From positions 48,236,001 through 48,300,000 of the forward strand of contig NC_043004.1 of assembly GCF_006345805.1 (NCBI RefSeq): a DNA stretch of 64,000 bases. The letters run 5' to 3'. The notes beneath the pieces are model-generated. The model saw only the letters and a list, made by a program, of their open reading frames with translations, was not told the DNA's origin and ran no database searches. The position numbers were made by a program, and so were the translations under genes. Positions 13,913 to 26,601 of the stretch are shown here, piece after piece. Origin of the DNA: Octopus sinensis. Lineage: Eukaryota. The first letter of the stretch is position 1. The number at the start of each line of letters is the position of its first letter.

Positions 13913-14816
13913 CATTTTTCAAAATAGTGAAAGCACGTGTTTAGTATAAGCAGTGAAGGCTGAGACGAAATAATTGCTATTCCGTCGTATAGTGACTTTG
14001 CCCTGGATTCACGCTCAGTTTGCTAACAACAGCCTGCGCATCGGTGTTTACCCGAGAGCTTAGCCTCCGGATCTGTGAAACCCACAAATCCCGCTGTTAG
14101 GACCGGATTAACACCCATAGTGACCCTAACGACTAAAAAGATTTCCCTGTTCCTATATAGGATCTTTTTTCGTTTTCTTCCAACCACTTGAAGGTTTACC
14201 TTGCTCCAGTCCACTCAGCTGACCAAAATGAGTTGTAGCTCTAATTCAAAGGAGCCAGCCTCATATTATGTGAGAGGCTTAATCTCTCTGAGAACTACGT
14301 TAATCGTATGCATGTCTGTGGAGTACTCAGCCACGTGCAAGTTTGTGAGTTCATTTTATCTTCGTGTGGTAGTGAAAAGTGGAAGTAACATCCAATATGT
14401 GTTGTAATTATTTGTCTTTGATTTAACAATGTATCTATGTATCAACTTTTCTTTCGATATATGTCTCTCTCACTTTCTCCCTCACTTCCTCTGTGTCCCT
14501 CACCTCTCCCGCCTTTAATTTAACAATGTGTGTATGTATCTATGTGTCTACTTTTCTTTCGATTTATGTATCTACTTTTCTTTTCATCTATGTATCTACT
14601 ATGTATCTACTCTGAAATACTGATAAACATAATGAAGGATATTTGACTGGTACGTCATGCATGTTGGGTAGCCACATAGAGACTCCTTCGTAGGTTCGTG
14701 ATGTACAATGAAAGAACAATGTATAAACAGTCATAATAAAAAGATTCACTTATAGGCCTCATTTTGGTTTTCATGAAAACGATTCGTGGTAACTTAAGAA
14801 AATATCTTAATACTAT

Positions 14817-16745
14817 TTAAATAAACCAAATAATACATTGTAAAATGTATAGGTATAAAATTGTCTTGAGGTGATTCGACGAACTGAGAGCCTCTACATG
14901 ACATGTTCCACAGCAATTTTGTTTCATTGTATCGTCATAATATTTACAAAGTTTTCTTCGGCATCCTTCACGCTTGTCCCCGTATTTGCAGCTCTCTACT
15001 TTCCTGGCGAGCAAAGCACAAGTCCAGCAACACATAGAATAGAAATAATCATTATAACAATAATAGTTTCTTCCGAATGTAGCATAATTACACGTAATAT
15101 TAAGTTCATCAATTACATCGGGATGTTTATCCCCCAACCAACAATCCATAGGTATTTTTGGTGGGTCTCCCTGCGTTGTACAGTGCCCTTTGATGCACCA
15201 CATACCCTTGCCACACGTTGTACCTTCTAGGGGCATCATTCCAATACACATGCCTTTCTGGTAACACATCATATGGATACAAAATCTCTCAGTTCTTTGG
15301 AAATTCTCATTTTCGCAATAGTATATATCCGATTCGTGAAAAAATCTGTTATAGCATTGTTGACTCGCGCTGAGCCATTGTCCAGGTTTGATCATGGTAT
15401 TTAGATGGTACTCTGGCACTATGCTTCTTCGCCACAAACAAGCGTACCTCTTGTCGTTGCGACCTTTTTTGACGATACCTGATACGTAGTCTCTCGAACA
15501 CTGTGAAAATGAAAACAGGTTTAAGCTTAAATCCGTATTCTGGAATAATTCAAGGAGTGGGGACATTACGTATCTGTCTTCGGGGGGACACTGGGTGTCA
15601 AGCGTATCAAACGGTATTCCAACCGAGCGTCCAATTAATTGGACTGCAGCAAAAGCTGTTCTCAAACTTAGCCTTTCAGAAAGGATGCTTATAGAATCAC
15701 TTGAACAAATTCTGTTTGCCTTACCGAAACCAAGTTCCTCAACATATGGAATTATGTCGTGTAATGTTATAAATACTATATGGTCCATACCGCTAGTATA
15801 TTCTTCGCTTGAATGAACCAACCAATTTTTCAAGCGCATCCAAATGTCTTTTGGATCCTTTGATGCCCAATCAGCAAGAATCAAGTTGTGCGCGTGTTTC
15901 GTTTTAGTAATAACCATGTAATTACTTATTATATCTAAAGAAAAGTCTTCAGTAGTCAGAGAATGGAATACATATTGTATCAATGAAATCAGAGTACTAT
16001 AATATGAGTGTATTAATTCGTCCGTTCTTTCTTCTACGTTTTCAACATAATGTGGTATTACAAGCATGAAGTGCTCATATATTGTATAGTCTAGTATAAT
16101 TGATAGTTCAATATTCATCCCAGCGAAACCGCGGCTTTTCGCCGTTTGTCGCTTTTTCCTAAATTGTGAATATGGAGGTTTTAAATGAGCTGTATTATTC
16201 TCTGAAATACGATCACACGCATTCTGTGATGCTGCTCCTTGCAGAGGGTGTATTGTATGCCGGTGTCCATATTTACCTTGGAATCTTCCAACGTCGAGTT
16301 TTAAAAAATCAGGATAAAGAATGAAATGGAAACCATTGTAGCAAAACATTCCAGTTAAAAGATATTGTTTGAAAGTTTCGTTTCGTGTTTGCTCTTTTTT
16401 ACATTGAACTGTAAAATAGCCATTTTCGTTGACGTATATACCAGACGTATTAACACATGTAACGTTATGTTGGACGAGATTCTTCTGAAAACCTTTATAA
16501 TTTAAGATATACGTATCAAACGATTCATATGTTCTTGAAGATTTTCTCAGTTTTAAAATTATTTCATGTTTATTTGCTTGAACCTTAAAATAAAGTGCAT
16601 CTTTATTCTGGGTCCTGTTGGTATGCGGGATTTTGATATTATATATCCAGGCAGTAAAGGGTTTTGAGCCTAGACTTCCAGCATTTGCTTCACAAAAGTA
16701 ACAATAAAGAATGCTTAAAAGTAGATAGGTAAGAAATCGCCCCAT
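14817..16745 (-). CDS. Intronless ADAMTS/MIG-17-like M12B pseudo-metalloprotease (642 aa), predicted secreted and possibly GPI-anchored
   Basis: Uninterrupted 1929-bp ORF. Signal peptide MGRFLTYLLLSILYCYFCEANA; prodomain; furin site RKKR; M12B start IELSIILDYTIY; degenerate zinc motif QLIGRSVGIPFD; Met-turn YVMSP; FSQCS; ADAMTS-type Cys-rich region (PGQWLSASQQC...EGTTCGKGMWCIKGHC); two CCxTC-ending modules; hydrophobic C-terminus. Confidence 0.9.
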   Translation of the reverse strand: MGRFLTYLLLSILYCYFCEANAGSLGSKPFTAWIYNIKIPHTNRTQNKDALYFKVQANKHEIILKLRKSSRTYESFDTYILNYKGFQKNLVQHNVTCVNTSGIYVNENGYFTVQCKKEQTRNETFKQYLLTGMFCYNGFHFILYPDFLKLDVGRFQGKYGHRHTIHPLQGAASQNACDRISENNTAHLKPPYSQFRKKRQTAKSRGFAGMNIELSIILDYTIYEHFMLVIPHYVENVEERTDELIHSYYSTLISLIQYVFHSLTTEDFSLDIISNYMVITKTKHAHNLILADWASKDPKDIWMRLKNWLVHSSEEYTSGMDHIVFITLHDIIPYVEELGFGKANRICSSDSISILSERLSLRTAFAAVQLIGRSVGIPFDTLDTQCPPEDRYVMSPLLELFQNTDLSLNLFSFSQCSRDYVSGIVKKGRNDKRYACLWRRSIVPEYHLNTMIKPGQWLSASQQCYNRFFHESDIYYCENENFQRTERFCIHMMCYQKGMCIGMMPLEGTTCGKGMWCIKGHCTTQGDPPKIPMDCWLGDKHPDVIDELNITCNYATFGRNYYCYNDYFYSMCCWTCALLARKVESCKYGDKREGCRRKLCKYYDDTMKQNCCGTCHVEALSSSNHLKTILYLYILQCIIWFI

Positions 16746-16829
16746 AAGAAAAAACTTTTACAAACTCAGCAAATACGCAGTCGATATCACGAACGCTTAG
16801 AATATTCCCATTTAGCACAGTTTCTCTTA

Positions 16830-16837
16830 TGACGTCA
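16830..16837. promoter_or_regulatory. Perfect CRE palindrome TGACGTCA, ~85 bp upstream of the ADAMTS-like ATG
   Basis: aTGACGTCAt seen directly; function is inferred from position. Confidence 0.5.
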
Positions 16838-16909
16838 TTTAACCCGACCTATAATCGTTCCGCTTTTCTCTTCTGCAGAAAAAAAAAACACATACATATA
16901 CTTGCACAA

Positions 16910-16920
16910 GCGCATGCGCA
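16910..16920. promoter_or_regulatory. NRF1-type motif GCGCATGCGCA, ~165 bp upstream of the ADAMTS-like ATG
   Basis: Matches the NRF1 consensus GCGCATGCGC in an AT-rich context. Confidence 0.45.
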
Positions 16921-16999
16921 TGCCCCAACAATAAATATTGCCCAGCTAAATATAATACAGACCCACCAAATTTGGAAAAATCTTGTTTTTCTATACAGT

Positions 17000-17046
<47 letters not shown>

Positions 17047-17367
17047 ATATATATATATATATGTGTGTGTGTTTGTGTGTTTGTCCCCCTAGCATTGCTT
17101 GACAACCGATGCTGGTGTGTTTACGTCCCCGTCACTTAGCGGTTCGGCAAAAGAGACCGATAGAATAAGTACTGGGCTTACAAAGAATAAGTCCCGGGGT
17201 CGATTTGCTCGACTAAAGGCGGTGCTCCAGCATGGCCGCAGTCAAATGACTGAAACAAAAAAAATAAAAGAAAGATGAAATATATACCTGCCCGAGCGTC
17301 AAACCAATACGCCTAATACACCTGCTTATTGTTTATACACCGGTCGTCGTCTTGTTTTTCTATACAG

Positions 17368-17407
<40 letters not shown>

Positions 17408-17416
17408 TATATATAT

Positions 17417-18745
<1,329 letters not shown>

Positions 18746-18869
18746 ATATATTTATATATATATAATATATATATATATATATTGGTAAAACGGTAAGATA
18801 ACAAAAGAAAGAAAGAGACCTCAATATTATGTAAGTAGAGGAAATTTATCTATAAAATAATACATATAT

Positions 18870-19260
18870 GCGCAGGAGTGGCTGTGTGGTAAGTAGCTTG
18901 CTAACCAACCACATGGCTCCGGGTTCAGTCCCACTGCGTGGCATCTTGGGCAAGTGTCTTCTGCTATAGCCCCGGGCCGACCAATGCCTTGTGAGTGGAT
19001 TTGGTAGACGGAAACTGAAAGAAGCCTGTCGTATATATGTATATTATTATATGTGTGTGTGTTTGTGTGTTTGTCCCCCTAGCATTGCTTGACAACCGAT
19101 GCTGGTGTGTTTACGTCCCCGTCACTTAGCGGTTCGGCAAAAGAGACCGATAGAATAAGTACTGGGCTTACAAAGAATAAGTCCCGGGGTCGATTTGCTC
19201 GACTAAGGCGGTGCTCCAGCATGGCCGCAGTCAAATGACTGAAACAAAAAAAATAAAAGA
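18870..19260 (+). mobile_element. SINE family A, full length; 3' half plus flank duplicated at ~17060-17400
   Basis: Family A head and tail. The same downstream flank follows both copies. Confidence 0.9.
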
Positions 19261-19356
19261 AAGATGAAATATATACCTGCCCGAGCGTCAAACCAATACG
19301 CCTAATACACCTGCTTATTGTTTATACACCGGTCGTCGTCTTGTTTTTCTATACAG

Positions 19357-19398
<42 letters not shown>

Positions 19399-19483
19399 GT
19401 AAATGTAATATGTAACAATTGTTTCGGCAGCCAACGTAATTTCCCTTTGTTTAACGGTCATTTTCATGGGATTTTTTTGGGTG

Positions 19484-19553
19484 GCCAGATAACTGAAGAG
19501 ATAGCGGCGTGGATTTCCACCCCGGCATCCGAAACTCGGAGTTTTATCATGGC
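19484..19553 (+). ncRNA. Type I hammerhead ribozyme motif inside a fold-back cassette
   Basis: Stem I GAUAA/UUAUC, core CUGAAGA, 31-nt stem II hairpin, GAAA, stem III ACUC-G-GAGU, cleavage triplet GUU. Confidence 0.75.
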
Positions 19554-19622
19554 TACCGAATAATTGTCATATATTACATTTACAGATAAATTCCTCTATT
19601 TACATAACATCGAGGTCTCTTT

Positions 19623-22040
19623 CATAAAATCCACAAACCCAACAACCCTGGCCGCCCATTGTCTCCGCCTGTAACTGCCCCACGGAGCTCATCTCAAAAT
19701 ACCTCGACCGTGTCCTTGCCCCCCTAGTGGCGTCTCTTCCCTCCCACATCCATGACACCAACCATGCTCTCCGGCTTTTCAACTCTTTCTCCTTTCCTCC
19801 CGGCTCCTCCAAAATCCTTTTTACAATGGACATCCAGAGCCTCTATACCGTCATCTCTCACCATGAAGGACTGCGGGCACTTCAACACTTTCTCGACCTC
19901 CGCCCCAACCCCGAACACGACACCTCCACACTCATTCGTCTGGCCGAACTTGTCCTTTCTCTTAACTGCTTCTCGTTCGCGGGCGAGTTCTACCAACAGT
20001 TCTCGGGAGTGGCCATGGGAACGCAAATGGGCCCCAACTATGCGAACCTGTTCGTTGGCTATGCTGAGGCCCAAATATTCTCAAGTTTCACTGGTCCCGC
20101 TCCCGAACTATACGGTCGTTACATTGACGACATTATCGGTGCCACCTCACTCTCCCGTGAACATCTAGATTCCTTCCTCTCTTTCATTCAATCCTTCCAT
20201 CCTGCCCTCCACTTCACCTCCACTATCTCCAACACCTCTGTCTCTTTCCTCGACATTTCGGTCAGCATTCATCACTCCACTCTTACCACCTCCATTCACT
20301 ACAAACACACAGACTCACACTCATACCTAAACTTCTCTTCCTCCCACCCCAAACACACCAAGCTTTCCATCCCCTATTCCCAATTCCTCCGTCTATGTAG
20401 GCTCTGTAGTGACGACCATGACTTTGAGACTCAGTCTCAACTCATGGCTCTCCACTTCATCCTACGTGGATACCCCCTCACCACTATCCACACCGCCCTT
20501 GCCAGAGCACGTTCCTTAGACCGTGCATCTGCTCTCTCTCCTCCCCCCCCCGAACCCGCCTTGCAGTCTCCCGCCTCCCTTATCCCCTCACTTTCCACCC
20601 CACCACCCTACCTCTCCAACGCACCATTCTTCGAGTTTTCCGGCATCTCCAGTCCGACCCGTCCACTTCACACCTCTTCCCTAACCTCCCCCTCCCCTCC
20701 TTCAAACGAGCCCATAATCTACGAGACCTCTTGGTCCACAGCTTCTTCCCTGGCCCTACCTCCCAACCTGGCTCGTTCCCCTGCTCCCGCCCACGTTTCC
20801 ACACTTGCCCTTACCTCTCCAACACCACTCTCCTCACTGGCACCCATCATTGACCCTATTGCATCATCGACTCCTTCACCTGCACCTCCAGCAATATCAT
20901 CTATTGCATCTCCTGCTCTCTTTGCCATTCCCTGTACATCGGACAAACGGGACGCCGCTTGGCTAACCGGTTCGCGGAACACCTCCGAGACATCCGCCTT
21001 GCCAATGACACACCGGTCTCACGCCATTTCCGCTCCACCGGTCACTCCCTGCAACACCTGTCTGTGTTCGGATTGTCCTTGCACAGAGGCCATCCGGATT
21101 CCCGCTTGCGCCGTGAACAGGGATTAATCTTCTCTCTTCGCTCTTTTACGCCATTTGGTCTCAACTCTCCCCCACCTTTTCATCTAACCTCCCCCCAACT
21201 CCTACTTCACTTCAGTCCTTCATCTTTTCACCCCTACTCTCTTTCCCTCCTCTTCCCTTCTTTCCCTTCTTCCCTGTTCTTCTTTCTTCTTTTTTCTTCC
21301 CTCTTCCCCTTCTCTCTTTCTCTCTGCTCCCTCACTCCCCTTCTCTCCCCCTCCCCTCCTCTCCTCTCCCTCTCCCATCCTTTCCCCTCCCCATTCTCCT
21401 TCCTTCTCCTCTCCCTCCTCCTCTCCTCCCCTCATCTCCTCTCTCCCCTCCCCTCCTCCTCTCCTCTCTCTTCTCTCCCCCTCTCACTCTCCCCACAACC
21501 CCCACTCTATCCCAACCCCCAGCCGAACCCACACCCCACATGGGATTTCCCCACTCTCGCCCCCCACCTCCCCACAACATCACACCACACTACACTACAC
21601 CATACGACATTACACATCACATCATACATACACACGTCCAGACCACACGCACGTCCAGACCACCAGCCCTCTTTCACACGCACATACATACTCTCTTATA
21701 CACACACGCACCTTCATGTTGGGGCGAGATCACTTGACCCTGTTATCTCCCATACTATCCCTCTAGCATCTAACGTCTGAACTCTGACGTCTGACCTCTG
21801 ATCTCTGACTTCTGCCTGAAATCAGAACGCCATGTTGGACCGTTAGCTCCTACACGCATTTTTTTCTCTCCTTGTTTCTCTCCTTGTTTCTTCTCTGTGT
21901 ATCTTTCTGTCGAAGAGCGTAGGCTCGAAACGTAAAAGACTTGTTTTATTTATATTCCTGAGCGCCATACTAATGCAATTGTTTGTTTGTACTCCACCTG
22001 CCTTCGTCTTTTGTTTATTTTCGTAAACCTTCCCGTTATA
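19623..22040 (+). mobile_element. Penelope-like retroelement (Neptune-like), 5'-truncated and disabled: RT, GIY-YIG and 3' pLTR
   Basis: KIHKPNNPGRP, TMDIQSLYT, GVAMGTQMGPNYAN, YGRYIDD and FLDI motifs. After a frameshift at the poly-C (~20545) comes a Cys-rich linker with an in-frame TGA, then NIIYCISCSLCHSLYIGQTGRRLANRFAEH...PFGLN. A hammerhead-like motif lies in the 3' region. Confidence 0.93.
21902..21939 (+). ncRNA. Minimal hammerhead-like motif in the PLE pLTR (variant core CUGUCGA)
   Basis: Stem I UCUUU/AAAGA, stem II GAGC-GUAG-GCUC, GAAA, palindromic stem III ACGU, triplet GUA. Confidence 0.65.
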
Positions 22041-22076
22041 TATATATATATACATATGTATGTTATATATAATATG

Positions 22077-22229
<153 letters not shown>

Positions 22230-22315
22230 TATTAGAGACAAAACCACTATTTTGCAAACAAAACAAGGAAAGACTTAATCAAAACATAAATTTTAATAAA
22301 TAGTCAAAAAAACCG

Positions 22316-22358
22316 CCACTACAATTGTTTCTTGTCTTGATCGACAATCTTCAGGTGG
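22316..22358 (-). ncRNA. Type I hammerhead ribozyme with canonical core
   Basis: Minus strand reads CCAC-CUGAAGA-UUGUC(gaucaa)GACAA-GAAA-CAAUUG-UA-GUGG. Stem III is the palindrome ACAAUUGU. Confidence 0.85.
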
Positions 22359-23170
22359 ACTTCCAATCTAAAATATCAATATTTTAAAATATAAAAATAA
22401 TAATTTTAAAATAATTAAAGTATGAATGAAAAAATATAAATATAATCCATATATAACCTATATATAATCCATATATAATCAATATATAAACAATATATAA
22501 ACTAAAATAAACCTATCAACAATTAAATATAAAATATAAAATATAAAATATAAATATAAAACAAAACAAAAAATAATAATAATATAATAATAAACTATAT
22601 ATACACCCATACACATATACCTAATTATATATAACCATATCTAACTACATACACTAAATCACACCCCTATATATATATCCCTATACATACACATAAAAAC
22701 GTCTAGGCAACTATAAATAAATAAAATAGCTAAATACTTCAACACAATACTTATTCATACTCCCACACACACACACATACAACCCACATTCACGCTCTAG
22801 AAAACGGACATCACTTAAAATTATGAACTGAGAAAAGAGATAAAGAGAAAGAGAGGAAGCTATCGGATTGGAAACTTCAAACTACAAGTGTGAGACGAAG
22901 GTCTCCTATATATTACACGGATCTAATATTATTGTTGTTACTTATAAGCTTGTATCATCTGTCTTTCCCTCTCTTTTTAGTTTTGTTTTACTTTCGACGG
23001 ATTCGTTTTCAAAGGTGTGTTTAAAAAGACACACGCACACACACACACCACACACAGAGTCTCTCAGAATAATACTTATATATAGTATACACATTTTTCT
23101 CTCTTGTACATACGTTTTCATTTCATTCTATTAATCTTTCATTTCTCTTTTTAATATATATATATAATAT

Positions 23171-23273
<103 letters not shown>

Positions 23274-23479
23274 CATACACACTTTCTTTTAGTGCATAAC
23301 CATACTATCTGATTCTCCCGCTCTCTCTTTTCTATATCTCACCCTCTCTATCTATCAATCTATATCTATCTATCTATCTGTCTATCTATCTATCTATCTA
23401 TCCCCGTCCCCCCTCTCTCTCTCGTTACTCTCTCTCTCTCGTCTCTCTCAGAAATTCCGATCAAGCAGTCTTTGGTAAG

Positions 23480-24375
23480 ATGGCCGCACTAAGTGTGTTG
23501 GGTTGCTCGCAACACCGCGTCCTTCTCGTCCGAATATTTCTTTTTCTAGCGGTTCTTCATTACACAAGTTCAGCCTTAACAGCTGATGAATATTCAATCA
23601 TTTCAAGCCCGTCCAGTTCCATATCTGTGATTTCATTCAAGAGCTTGACTCTAAGAAGAGTGCGTCGGAGCATCAATGATACGGATACCACACCATCTTC
23701 AAGCACCGTTCAGTCGTTACTTAGTAATACCTCATCATCACAAACGACCAAATCTATAAGCAGTTCATAACCACTTCTTACAATAAAGGACACAACAGTT
23801 AAATTGGCTCCAACAACAGCAACAATATCTACTGCTAAATCTGTTCCTATTTCTACAGCAACCTCAAGTTTATCTCTATCAACCGCAACAACTTTGCCTT
23901 CAACAGCTGTAACAAATGATAAAGTCACTGATACTTCTACAAAACAGTCGACTCATTCTGTTACGGCCAAGTCCACCTCCGCCCCCCCCCCCATACTCCA
24001 ACTACTACTAATACACCAACTACAACCACTCCAGGATTAACTACACCTTTGATGAAAGTTGTTGAGGATAATCACAGATACTATAAGTCGTTAATCATTC
24101 AAGAGGAACTCAATAAGCACTGGATAAACATGGATGATGGGCCATTCAGTAACCACAGAGTTTTATCTAACAATCACAGAGTGGCTGCTCCAGTGAAAAT
24201 AAATTTCAAATTTAAATTTTTTGGACATACTGTAGTGAATTTAACCATAGCTACTGGAGGTTTTCTTTACATGAGTCCATTTTTACACAAATGGCTAACA
24301 GCAACACAGTACATTGCACCTCTCATGGCAAACTTTGATACCTCCATTGGTAAAGGTTCAGAAATAAGATTTAAG
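23480..24375 (+). pseudogene. PLXDC2: Intronless, disabled plexin-domain-containing protein copy (PLXDC/TEM7 family), N-terminal half only
   Basis: Signal peptide, RRVRR site and S/T-rich region, then EDNHRYY...LSNNHRVAA...FKFFGH...TIATGGFLY...LTATQYIAPLMANFD, matching PLXDC1/2. In-frame TAA at 23768, frameshift at the C11 run (~23985), and homology lost at ~24375. The symbol denotes the family, not proven orthology. Confidence 0.85.
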
Positions 24376-24605
24376 AGATTAGGAATTATGCACCTTATTT
24401 ACATTTGTCGGATATTTTTGCCCTCATCTTCTTTGTTGTTAACACAACGTTTCGGCTGTGGACAGTTTGTTGGTTTCATCCTCTCTTTTCTTCATAATGG
24501 GAGTGGATAGTATGTTTCTTTGGTAGTAGTTGCTTAATAAACACACACACTCGCACGCACATACACACAGACATACACACACAACACACACACACATACA
24601 CACAC

Positions 24606-26348
24606 TAACTCTCACGCGCACTCTGCTCTTTCTTTCTTTCTTTCTCTTTCTATCCCATCCCCTTTTCGTCTTTTTCCCTCACTTAACTTGTCTCTTCCTC
24701 TCTCTCATTCTCATTCTTCATCTCCCTCTCTCTCTCCTCCTCACCATTCTTCATGGTCTCCTCGCACCATTCTCCTTCTTCTCTCCCTTCCTCTTGCTCC
24801 TCCTCCCCCATTCCCGTCGTCATCTGCGACGATACTTCCGCCGTAACTGCTAACGGTCTTTCTCGCCCGCCTTTTAAGGCTACTGGACGACTTTTCCTGC
24901 TCTCTCATAGTTCACAAAAAATTCAGCGTTTGCAAACTTTTTTCGTTCGGCGTCAACAGCCCTTCTTATCTTGTTCTCCCTGTCCTGTCTGTTACTGTTA
25001 TATATATTTTTTTTACTGTTTATATATATATGTTTTACTGTTTATATTTTTGTACTGTCGTTACTGTCTCGTTTTTTAACATTTTTTTACCATTTTTTAC
25101 CCCTCTGCGAAAAGATCTCAGAATTTTAATTGATTTGCTTTTCGCAGGAAGGAAAGTTTCTTGTCGAAGATACGTCTCGCTTTTATCCTTCGAAACGTAG
25201 AGTAGATGAAACCTTAGCGACTGAAGAAGGGTTTTTTTTCGTTGTGTTAACTATCCTGTACTCCATTTTTTGTTGTTTTAAAAAAAATGTCCTGTTCCTT
25301 TGGTTTGTGTCTATGTTTTCGTTTCTCTATGTGTTCGACGTCCCTTTGGTGTCCTGTACTCATATATGCGTGTTATGTACATGTAGAGTAGGTACGTACA
25401 TATATGTTTATATATATGCATATGTTTTATTTCTTTTATTAATATATTATACGACTAAACGCACGCACCCTCTTAAGTAAGATTGTTCTGTTTATCAAGT
25501 TTCGCCTTGATATTAACTCTCACGCGCACTCTGCTCTTTCTTTCTTTCTTTCTTTCTTTCTATCCCATCCCCTTTTCGTCTTTTTCCCTCACTTAACTTG
25601 TCTCTTCCTCTCTCTCTCTCATTCTTCATTCTCTCTCTCCCCCTCACCATTCTTCATGGTCTCCTCGCACCATTCCCCTTCTTCTCTCCCTTCCTCTTGC
25701 TCCTCCTCCCCCATTCCCGTCGTCCATCTGCGACGATACTTCCGCCGTAACTGCTAACGGTCTTTCTCGCCCGCCTTTTAAGGCTACTGGACGACTTTTC
25801 CTGCTCTCTCGTCGTTCACAAAAAATTCAGCGTTTGCAATACTTTTTTCGTTCGGCGTCAACAGCCCTTTTTATCTTGTTCTCCCTGTCCTGTCTGTTAC
25901 TGTTATATATATTTTTTTTTACTGTTTATATATATATATTGTTTTACTGTTTATATTTTTGTACTGTCGTTACTGTCTCGTTTTTTTACCATTTTTTTAC
26001 CATTTTTTACCCCTCTGCGAAAAGATCTCAGAATTTTAATTGATTTGCTTTTCGCAGGAAGGAAAGTTTCTTGTCGAAGATACGTCTCGCTTTTATCCTT
26101 CGAAACGTAGAGTAGATGAAACCTTAGCGACTGAAGAAGGGGTTTTTTCGTTGTGTTAACTGTCATGTACTCCATTTTTTGTTGTTTTTAAAAAAAATGT
26201 CCTGTTCCTTTGGTTTGTGTCTATGTTTTCGTTTCTCTATGTGTTCGACGTCCCTTTGGTGTCCTGTACTCATATATGCGTGTATATGTACATGTAGAGG
26301 TAGGTACGTACATATATGTTTATATATATGCATATGTTTTATTTCTTT

Positions 26349-26355
<7 letters not shown>
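24606..26355 (+). repeat. Two ~840-bp direct repeats (24606-25446, 25514-26355), probably PLE pseudo-LTRs
   Basis: Near-identical units. Each has a hammerhead-like UUGUCGA...GAAACGUA segment (25158-25202, 26068-26112). The unit end recurs inverted at ~63390-63510. Confidence 0.8.
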
Positions 26356-26411
<56 letters not shown>

Positions 26412-26420
26412 ATATATATA

Positions 26421-26597
26421 TGATAATGGCCGTCCATTCGTGACAGAGGAAGACCATTGCTGACCTTCAGGAACATTGTGCGCTCTAGGACTAACTTATA
26501 TTTTGAATCTGCAGCTCTGTTGGTGGAAAATGAGCCCTGCTCTTGACAAGCATGCACGACTGCAAACATTGCAAACCAAGCTTTCGCTACACCAGAT
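26421..26597 (-). mobile_element. RTE-clade LINE 3'-end fragment; a related one at ~51910-52220
   Basis: Minus strand encodes CNVCSRACLSRAGLIFHQQSC*, an RTE-type C-terminal Cys/His motif. The 3' UTR block cacaatgttcc.gaaggtc.gcaatggtcttcctc is shared with 51915-51966. Confidence 0.65.
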
Positions 26598-26601
26598 ATT
26601 A

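Noticed and set aside
20550-21780. P/S-rich tail of ORF 19727-21127 and the L/S/P-rich tail of ORF 20959-21780
   Set aside because: Out-of-frame read-through after the poly-C frameshift, and CT-rich low-complexity pLTR sequence.
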